Of a stretch of DNA of 64,000 nucleotides, positions 57,687-64,000 are shown piece after piece. The notes beneath the pieces are model-generated. The model made no database searches. It worked only from the letters and a program-made list of their open reading frames with translations, and had not been told where the DNA came from. Within the stretch, counting starts at the first letter, position 1. Each line of letters starts with the position of its first letter. Source of the stretch: an uncultured Parvibaculum sp. (lineage in GTDB: Bacteria; Pseudomonadota; Alphaproteobacteria; Parvibaculales; Parvibaculaceae); NCBI GenBank assembly GCA_964518885.1, contig CAZFHW010000001.1:685-64684 (forward strand), written 5' to 3'. A program made the position numbers and the translations under genes.

Positions 57687-58145
57687 ATGGAAGAGAAGCC
57701 CTTTTGGCAGACAAAGAGCCTCAGCGAGATGACCCGCCAGGAGTGGGAGTCGCTGTGCGACGGCTGTGCAAAATGTTGCCTCATCAAACTGGAAGATGAA
57801 GACACGGGCGATCTGGAATACACCGACATCGCGTGCAACCTGCTGGACTGCGAGAACTGCCGCTGCACGGATTATCCCAACCGTGCCACCAAGGTGCCCG
57901 ACTGTGTTGAACTCACCCCGAAAAACGTGCACCAGCTTACCTGGATGCCATCGACCTGCGCTTACCGTCTGCTCGCGGAAGGCAAGGACCTGCCCTGGTG
58001 GCACCCGCTGGTGAGCGGTGAGGAGGACACCGTTCATCTGGCTGGCATCTCCGTGCGCGGACGCGTGTTGCTCGAGGATGATGTGGACATGACCGACATT
58101 GAAAGCCGCATCGTAAGCTGGCCGGAACAACCACTGGCAGATTGA
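57687..58145 (+). CDS. ycgN: YcgN/UPF0260 cysteine-cluster protein
   Basis: [16 protein letters not shown]...[20 protein letters not shown]. Confidence 0.92.
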   Translation: MEEKPFWQTKSLSEMTRQEWESLCDGCAKCCLIKLEDEDTGDLEYTDIACNLLDCENCRCTDYPNRATKVPDCVELTPKNVHQLTWMPSTCAYRLLAEGKDLPWWHPLVSGEEDTVHLAGISVRGRVLLEDDVDMTDIESRIVSWPEQPLAD

Positions 58146-58309
58146 GCACACAATAAATTTCAGTCGCGACCTTGACATCGCAACGATTGAAACCATCTAT
58201 TTACTCATCTCCAGAAGTGCGCCCCCAGGATAGCGTCCCCGGGACACCATCCCGCAAGCACCTCTTCCGAAGATAATCGAGACACTCCGACATTTTGAAA
58301 GCGAGCCTC

Positions 58310-58846
58310 ATGACAGAGGACGACCCGAAGGTGATCCCGCCTGCGCGTGAGCCCGACTGGGCACACATTGCCCGCGTCTACCAAGGCGAGGAACCTCTGG
58401 AAAAGATCGCGGGTCACTACGGTCTCTCAGTACAAAAAGTCTCTGCTCATGCGCAAGCGCAGGGCTGGCCGTTGCGCAAGTACCGCAGTGCCCGGACTGA
58501 AAGTGCCACAGGACAGAAACGCCAGGACCTAGCAGCGTTGATACACCGCCTGACGGGCCTTGTGGAACGTCAGATCAAGGAAATTGAAACCAGACTTTGT
58601 GAAGCAGGGGAGGCGCGTGATCAGGAGCGCGACGCCCGAACGCTGTCCAATCTGACACGCACGCTCGACAAGCTGGTGGAACTGAAACGAGGCGCCGAGG
58701 ATGACAGGGCTGCCAAAGCGCAACGTGCCCGCGAAACGGCAAAACGAAAAGGAAGCAAGGCTGATGGAGAGGCAATGCGAGCCCATCTTGCACGCCGCCT
58801 GTTTCGGCTCGCTGCCCAAGCCAACAGTTCACGCGTTTCTGGATAG
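58310..58846 (+). CDS. GTA small terminase subunit (putative)
   Basis: N-terminal HTH (WAHIARVY.G..PL.KIA..YGLS), coiled coil, ERDARTLSNLTRTLDKLVEL; first gene of the cluster, overlapping terL. Confidence 0.7.
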   Translation: MTEDDPKVIPPAREPDWAHIARVYQGEEPLEKIAGHYGLSVQKVSAHAQAQGWPLRKYRSARTESATGQKRQDLAALIHRLTGLVERQIKEIETRLCEAGEARDQERDARTLSNLTRTLDKLVELKRGAEDDRAAKAQRARETAKRKGSKADGEAMRAHLARRLFRLAAQANSSRVSG

Positions 58847-60071
58847 CCTGTCGGGCAGAGAGCTTGCCTTTCTCGCCCACGATTGGCGCTTCTGGGCGCG
58901 TCCCTCACAATGTGAACCAGAAGGGTCGTGGACAACCTGGCTCATCCTGGGTGGACGCGGAGCGGGCAAAACCCGCGCCGGGGCGGAATGGGTGCGGGAA
59001 CAAGTCCAGTGCGGGAACGCGGGGCATCTGGCCTTGATCGGCGAGAGTTATGCCGAAGCACGCGAAGTGATGGTGGAAGGTATTGCCGGGCTGCGCGCGT
59101 TGGGACCGAGTGACGAGCGCCCGCGCTATGAAGCAACGCGGCGACGTCTGCTCTGGCCGAACGGCGCCGTGGCAACGCTCTTTTCCGCCAGCGACCCGGA
59201 GGGTCTGCGCGGGCCACAATTTGATGCCGCCTGGAGTGATGAGGCTGGCAAGTGGCCGGACGCCGAAGCCGCCTGGGCCATGTTGCAGTTTGGATTGCGT
59301 CTGGGGGAGCACCCAAGACAGGTGGTGACAACAACCCCGCGCGCTGTCCCGCTCATCAAGAAGCTGTTGGCCGACGACACGGTCCGCGTCACCCGCGCAA
59401 CGACGTACGACAATCGGGCGAACCTGGCAGACGCCTTCTTCTCGACGGTGATCAAAACCTATGAGGGAACAAGGCTCGGACGTCAGGAACTGGACGGTGA
59501 ATTGCTGGAGGATGATCCGGACGCCCTTTGGTCGCGGAGCATGATTGAGAAGACGCGCTGCGGCGCGGTTCCAGAACTGGTGCGCACAGTGGTGGGGGTG
59601 GATCCCCCGGCAACGTCCGGCGCGGGCGCGGACGAGTGCGGCATCGTGGTGGTTGGCATTGCGGCAGACGGTCGGTTTTACGTGTTGGCGGATCGCTCGC
59701 GCGGACGCCTGAAACCGGCAGACTGGGCGCGCCGGGTGGCGGGTGCATATGACGCGTTTGAAGCAGACCGCGTGGTGGCGGAGGTCAATCAGGGCGGCGA
59801 AATGGTAACCGCGGTGCTGCAGCAGGTGGCGCCTCATCTGCCTATCCGTCAGGTAAGGGCAACCCGGGGCAAGTGGGTGCGCGCAGAACCCATCGCAGCA
59901 CTTTACGAGCAGGGGCGGGTGCGCCACGCCAAGCCCTTTGCCGAACTGGAAGACCAATTGTGCAATTTCACCGGAACCGGAGGCAAAAGCCCCGACCGGC
60001 TGGACGCCCTCGTCTGGGCGATCACGGATTTGATGCGAGGGGCCGGCAACCCGACCATCAGGCGACTCTAA
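58764..60071 (+). CDS. terL: GTA large terminase (RcGTA g2 homologue)
   Basis: DWRFWARP.Q, GGRGAGKTRAGAEW, LRGPQFDAAWSDE, TTTPR, GVDPP, SPDRLDALVWA; start uncertain (58701/58764/58788). Confidence 0.92.
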   Translation: MERQCEPILHAACFGSLPKPTVHAFLDSLSGRELAFLAHDWRFWARPSQCEPEGSWTTWLILGGRGAGKTRAGAEWVREQVQCGNAGHLALIGESYAEAREVMVEGIAGLRALGPSDERPRYEATRRRLLWPNGAVATLFSASDPEGLRGPQFDAAWSDEAGKWPDAEAAWAMLQFGLRLGEHPRQVVTTTPRAVPLIKKLLADDTVRVTRATTYDNRANLADAFFSTVIKTYEGTRLGRQELDGELLEDDPDALWSRSMIEKTRCGAVPELVRTVVGVDPPATSGAGADECGIVVVGIAADGRFYVLADRSRGRLKPADWARRVAGAYDAFEADRVVAEVNQGGEMVTAVLQQVAPHLPIRQVRATRGKWVRAEPIAALYEQGRVRHAKPFAELEDQLCNFTGTGGKSPDRLDALVWAITDLMRGAGNPTIRRL

Positions 60072-60086
60072 CTCTAAGGGAACGCA

Positions 60087-61304
60087 ATGAACGAGACACA
60101 GACCGCAAACCAAACAGGAACGGGCCTCTGGCACCGCATGTTTGGACGGAGGAGCCAACAGCCCGGGCCTGTGCATGTGAAGGCGAGTGCAACCGGCTCG
60201 CTGATTGCCCTCAGTTCACTGGGACAACCGGTATGGACCCCGCGTGACTACGACCAGCTCGCCCGGGAAGGCTATGAGCAAAATGCGGTGGCCTTCCGCT
60301 GTGTCCGCATGATTGCCGAAGCGGCGGCATCCGTGCCGTGGCTTTTGTATGAAAGGGACCGCGAGCTTGAGGTGCACCCGTTGCTCACGCTTTTGCAGCG
60401 ACCTAATCCGGGGGAGGGAGGTGCCGACCTGCTGGAAGCCTGGTACGGATATTTGCAGGTTTCCGGCAATGCCTATCTGGAAGCGGTTCGCATTGGAGAG
60501 CAGGTGCGCGAGCTTCATGTTCTGCGGCCCGACCGGATGAAAGTTGTGCCAGGCCAGCGCGGTTGGCCGGAGGCTTACGAATATACCGTCAATGGGCGGA
60601 CGGTGCGGTTCCTCGATGAGCCGGACCATCCAATCCTGCATCTCAAAGCCTTTCACCCGACCGACGATCACTATGGCCTTTCCCCCCTGGAAGCCGCCGC
60701 GAGGGCGATAGACATTCACAATGCCGCGGGCGCCTGGAACAAGGCGCTGCTCGACAATTCGGCGCGTCCTTCCGGGGCCTTGATCTACAAAGGCGCGAAC
60801 GGGGACCAGACCCTGACGAACGAACAGTTCGATCGTCTGAAGCTTGAGTTGGAAGAAAACTATTCCGGTGCGGGAAATGCCGGGCGCCCGCTGCTGCTGG
60901 AAGGCGGGCTGGATTGGAAACAGATGGGGCTTGCGCCCAAGGATCTGGATTTCAACGAGACGAAAAATTCGGCGGCGCGTGAAATTGCTCTGGCCTTCGG
61001 GGTGCCGCCCATGTTGTTGGGTATTCCCGGCGACAACACGTTTGCCAATTACAAGGAGGCAAATCTGGTGCTGTGGCGTCAGACCATCCTGCCGCTGGTG
61101 CGCAAAACCGTGACCGCCCTGTCCAACTGGCTGGTGCCGCGCTTTGGCGAGGGGCTGCGCCTTGATGTGGATCTCGACGCCGTGCCCGCCCTGGGTGTTG
61201 AGCGCGACGGCCTGTGGGCACGTCTGAAGGATGCAGACTTTCTGAGTGAAGACGAGAAACGCGCTGTCGTTGGCTATGAACCTCGAAGGCGGACCTCATC
61301 ATGA
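60087..61304 (+). CDS. GTA portal protein (HK97 family, g3)
   Basis: WTPRDY..LAREGY..N.V..RCVRMIAEAA, LRPDRM, GLSPLEAA, NAGRPLLLEGGLDWK, TYANYKEAN-like motif. Confidence 0.93.
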   Translation: MNETQTANQTGTGLWHRMFGRRSQQPGPVHVKASATGSLIALSSLGQPVWTPRDYDQLAREGYEQNAVAFRCVRMIAEAAASVPWLLYERDRELEVHPLLTLLQRPNPGEGGADLLEAWYGYLQVSGNAYLEAVRIGEQVRELHVLRPDRMKVVPGQRGWPEAYEYTVNGRTVRFLDEPDHPILHLKAFHPTDDHYGLSPLEAAARAIDIHNAAGAWNKALLDNSARPSGALIYKGANGDQTLTNEQFDRLKLELEENYSGAGNAGRPLLLEGGLDWKQMGLAPKDLDFNETKNSAAREIALAFGVPPMLLGIPGDNTFANYKEANLVLWRQTILPLVRKTVTALSNWLVPRFGEGLRLDVDLDAVPALGVERDGLWARLKDADFLSEDEKRAVVGYEPRRRTSS

Positions 61305-61576
61305 GCCATGATGACAATGGCTACGAAACAGAAAGCCGGTGGCATCTGGACAGGCGTGTGCCCCTCGCACTGATTATGGCGATCCTCATCCAAACCGCTG
61401 GCGCACTCACCTGGGCAGGCGCGGCAACGGAACGGATCAATCAGCTGGAACGCCAGGTAACGGAGGGTGGTGATCTCGGCGAGCGCACCGCCCGGCTTGA
61501 GGAGCACAGTGTTTTCATGCGCGCAGCACTGGAGCGCATAGAGCGGAAACTGGACCGGGTGATTGCTGGCGAGTGA
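61301..61576 (+). CDS. GTA g3.5-like small membrane/coiled-coil protein
   Basis: WHLDRRVPLALIMAILIQT TM segment, ERTARLEE..ERIERKLD; ATGA overlap with the portal stop. Confidence 0.75.
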   Translation: MSHDDNGYETESRWHLDRRVPLALIMAILIQTAGALTWAGAATERINQLERQVTEGGDLGERTARLEEHSVFMRAALERIERKLDRVIAGE

Positions 61577-61603
61577 CCGCGATCGAACGAAGAGAATTTG
61601 GAT

Positions 61604-61636
61604 GGCGCTTTTCGATAGGTGAAGAGCGCCTTTTTT
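61604..61636 (+). terminator. Intrinsic terminator inside the GTA operon
   Basis: GGCGCTTTTC-GATAGGT-GAAGAGCGCC (10 bp, one G.U) followed by TTTTTT, 15 nt before the protease ATG. Confidence 0.8.
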
Positions 61637-61651
61637 GTGACTGGGAGAAAC

Positions 61652-62353
61652 ATGCAGACACATCGGTCAATCGACCCAGAGCTGAAATCGGAACAGGGAC
61701 CAGGAGAAACCAAACGGGCGTCATTCAATATTGAACATGTGGATGAAGCTGGCGCCTTCGAAGGTTATGCCAGTCTTTTTGGAGCCGAAGATCTGGGTCA
61801 CGATCTTGTTCAGCGCGGTGCCTTTCGCGCGAGCCTTCTCAAACGGGGCGCGGCGGGTGTGCGGATGCTGTTTCAGCACGATCCGGGCGCACCCATTGGT
61901 GTGTGGGATGAAATTCGAGAGGATGCGCGCGGGCTTTATGTGCGCGGTCGCCTCACCCTTGATGTGGCTCGCGCCCGCGAAGTTCATGCGCTCATGAAAG
62001 CCGGCGCGCTGGATGGACTGTCCATCGGGTTTCATACGGTGACAGCTGTGCGTGATGCCGGAACAGGTATCCGACGGTTGCTCGAGATAGATTTATGGGA
62101 AATTTCCATTGTGACTTTCCCCATGCAGCCCGGTGCGCGGGTGGCCACGGTAAAGGCCGGGGTCCTGCCAACGGCGCGAGAACTCGAACGCTGGCTCCTG
62201 CGGGATGCAGGCTTCAGCAGACACCAGGCCCGCGCGTTGATTGCGGGTGGATATAAGGCGGCACTGACCCCGCGGGATGCGGGCCCAGCCGACGTCGACC
62301 TTGCTGGCCTTGCCCGGACCATTCGGGTCGCGGGCGAGTGCTTTCTTCATTGA
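61652..62353 (+). CDS. GTA prohead protease (HK97 family, g4)
   Basis: FEGYASLFG..DLG.D.VQRGAF, MLFQHD, EDARGLYVRGRL, DGLSIGF, LWEISIVTFPM. Confidence 0.93.
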   Translation: MQTHRSIDPELKSEQGPGETKRASFNIEHVDEAGAFEGYASLFGAEDLGHDLVQRGAFRASLLKRGAAGVRMLFQHDPGAPIGVWDEIREDARGLYVRGRLTLDVARAREVHALMKAGALDGLSIGFHTVTAVRDAGTGIRRLLEIDLWEISIVTFPMQPGARVATVKAGVLPTARELERWLLRDAGFSRHQARALIAGGYKAALTPRDAGPADVDLAGLARTIRVAGECFLH

Positions 62354-62398
62354 CCTTGAAACCAGTCACAACACGTCGCGATGACGAAGGAGACGACT

Positions 62399-63739
62399 AT
62401 GCCTCTCATGAGGAAGAGCAATGTGGGCCGCATCGGCCATACGTTGAACACCCAAACCTCCCACCCCAACGGCCGAACCCGCCAAAAGGGGGCGCCGGAG
62501 CGAAAGAGTACCGATCTGGGAAGCCCGGCGGTGCACGATGTACGGGATGCTTTTGATGAATTCATGACCCGCTTCGAAAGCTTCAAGCAGGCCAATGATG
62601 ATCGGCTGCGGGAGCTCGAACAAAAAAAGACGGCGGATGTGGTCACCGTTGAAAAAGTAGACCGCCTGAACGCGGCACTCGATCTGCAGCAGAAAACGGT
62701 GGATGGTCTCGCTCTCTCGCTTTCTCGGCCAGAAAGGGGCGAGCTCTCGACCCTGACCCCGGCGTCACGCGACCACAAAATGGCGTTCGACACCTATGTG
62801 CGTCGCGGCGAGACGGGCACGTTACGCGCGCTGGAGGCAAAAGCACTGAGTGCGCAGTCAGACCCAGATGGCGGTTATCTGGTGCCATCAGAAACCGAAC
62901 GCCTGATCGACCGGGTGGTCTCGGAAGCATCGCCCATTCGCACTATTGCCGGTGTCCGGCAGATCGGCGCGGCATCTTACAAGAAACCGTTTGCAACCAC
63001 AGGGGCCGCAACCGGCTGGGTGGGCGAAACTGAACCGCGCGCGCAGACCGACGGCCCCAGGATTTCCGAACTCGAATTTCCGGTGATGGAACTCTATGCC
63101 ATGCCAGCGGCCACCTCGACGCTGCTGGACGACAATGCCGTCAATCTGGACCAGTGGATCGCCGAGGAAGTCCAAACCGCTTTTGCGGAACAGGAAGGTG
63201 CTGCCTTTGTGTCCGGGGATGGGGTGCGCAAACCGCGCGGGTTCCTCTCCTATGACACCGTCGACAATGCGAGCTGGGCCTGGGGCAAGGTTGGTTACAT
63301 CGCAACGGGCGCATCGGGCGCCTTCCCGGTGAACAACCCTTCTGATGTGCTGCTCGACCTAGTCTATGCGGTGAAGTCCGGCTACCGGGCCAATGCGCAT
63401 TTTGTCATGAACCGGCAGACCCAGTCTCAGATCCGCAAGTTCAAGGACGCCGACGGCCACTATCTCTGGCAGCCAAGTCTTGCGGCGGGCGAAGCTCCAA
63501 GACTGATGAATGTCCCCATCGCGGAAGCTGAAGACATGCCCGATGTCGGAGCCGACGCCTTTTCCATGGCCTATGGCGATTTCCGGCGGGGATATCTGAT
63601 TGTGGACCGGCTGGGCATTCGGGTTCTGCGCGATCCCTATTCCGCAAAACCCTATGTCCTTTTCTACACCACCAAACGTGTTGGCGGCGGCATCCAGAAT
63701 TTCGAAGCCATCAAGCTTCTGAAATTCGGCACATCATAA
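62399..63739 (+). CDS. GTA major capsid protein (HK97 fold, g5)
   Basis: DGGYLV, SPIRTIA, FPVMELYAMPAAT..LLDD, GDG..KPRGFL, LRDPYSAKPYVLFYTTKRVGG; RBS AAGGAG before ATG 62399. Confidence 0.95.
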   Translation: MPLMRKSNVGRIGHTLNTQTSHPNGRTRQKGAPERKSTDLGSPAVHDVRDAFDEFMTRFESFKQANDDRLRELEQKKTADVVTVEKVDRLNAALDLQQKTVDGLALSLSRPERGELSTLTPASRDHKMAFDTYVRRGETGTLRALEAKALSAQSDPDGGYLVPSETERLIDRVVSEASPIRTIAGVRQIGAASYKKPFATTGAATGWVGETEPRAQTDGPRISELEFPVMELYAMPAATSTLLDDNAVNLDQWIAEEVQTAFAEQEGAAFVSGDGVRKPRGFLSYDTVDNASWAWGKVGYIATGASGAFPVNNPSDVLLDLVYAVKSGYRANAHFVMNRQTQSQIRKFKDADGHYLWQPSLAAGEAPRLMNVPIAEAEDMPDVGADAFSMAYGDFRRGYLIVDRLGIRVLRDPYSAKPYVLFYTTKRVGGGIQNFEAIKLLKFGTS

Positions 63740-63750
63740 GGAGGTTCTTC

Positions 63751-64000
63751 ATGCGTGATCTTCATTCAAACCTCGGTCTCATCCAGACCCTCGACCCGGC
63801 GGTGACAAGCGCAAGCCGGGCGGGTGCCCCTGTCGACCGACAGGGCTTTGAAAGCGTGGAGCATGTCGTGCTCATCGGCATCAGTGGTGACACTCTGTCC
63901 GGGGTGAATTCGATCTCCCTGCAGCTCGACGAGAGCGAAGACGGCAGCAGTTGGTCACCCGTCATCAATGACAGTCATGTGCTGGGCGCCTCCATTGACG
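63751..64000 (+). CDS. Putative capsid cement/decoration protein (3' truncated by window)
   Basis: RBS AAGGAGG; MRDLHSNLGLIQTLDPAV...VDRQGFESVEHVVLIG...LQLDESEDGSSWSPV...VLG; open to window end; not in ORF track. Confidence 0.6.
   Translation, partial: MRDLHSNLGLIQTLDPAVTSASRAGAPVDRQGFESVEHVVLIGISGDTLSGVNSISLQLDESEDGSSWSPVINDSHVLGASID

Larger units (their letters stand above)
58310..64000 (+). other. RcGTA-like gene transfer agent head-tail cluster (5' part)
   Basis: Gene order terS-terL-portal-g3.5-protease-MCP beside core genes ycgN/PBP1A, no integrase or att seen, GafY/GafZ-like activators 22 kb upstream. Confidence 0.85.

Noticed and set aside
58146-58309. IHF site and sigma70 promoter upstream of terS
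   Set aside because: TTGACA is present (58172), but the -10 spacing and the IHF match (TTTCAA-N4-TGC) are too weak to call
58905-60176. Long antisense ORFs (also 4002-5030, 5040-5942, 40463-41515, 43941-44876, 55039-55992)
   Set aside because: Opposite well-supported genes, no recognisable motifs; expected in high-GC DNA
58310-64000. Ordinary prophage
   Set aside because: No integrase, replication or att features in view; RcGTA gene order, core-gene flanks and Gaf-like regulators favour a GTA. The right end is outside the window, so this is not fully excluded.
1-64000. rRNA, tRNA, IS/transposase genes
   Set aside because: No recognisable signatures found by eye; a tRNAscan/Infernal/ISfinder run would be needed to exclude them fully

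Overview
GC-rich alphaproteobacterial chromosomal segment; the gene set (MucR, DUF2336, DUF5330, DUF1491, DUF2849-cysI-DUF934, YcgN, GTA genes) suggests a Hyphomicrobiales/Parvibaculum-like organism (inference). 1-29 kb is mostly catabolic and envelope genes: TauD dioxygenases, serine hydrolases, a GH5 glycolipid hydrolase-like enzyme, oligopeptidase B, acyl-CoA ligase/crotonase, three tandem MFS paralogues, an HTH-citrate-synthase/citrate-synthase divergent pair, a degenerate RelE/XRE pair, ompW with an FNR-type box, and a Rieske oxygenase. The most notable content is a gene transfer agent (GTA) system. A regulatory module at 33.5-36.0 kb consists of a GafB/DUF6477-like ORF and a RogA-like XRE repressor, divergent from GafY-like (DnaA domain IV) and GafZ-like (DUF6456) genes; a near-identical 15-bp palindrome lies upstream of both the gafB-like and gafY-like genes. 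About 22 kb downstream the GTA head cluster starts (terS-terL-portal-g3.5-protease-MCP) and runs off the window. It carries a strong intrinsic terminator inside the operon, an overlapping terS/terL junction with a possible +1 shift site, and a probable capsid cement/decoration gene directly after the MCP that is absent from the ORF track. I found no rRNA, tRNA, CRISPR array, integrase or transposase. All product calls come from motif recognition by eye, not from database searches.
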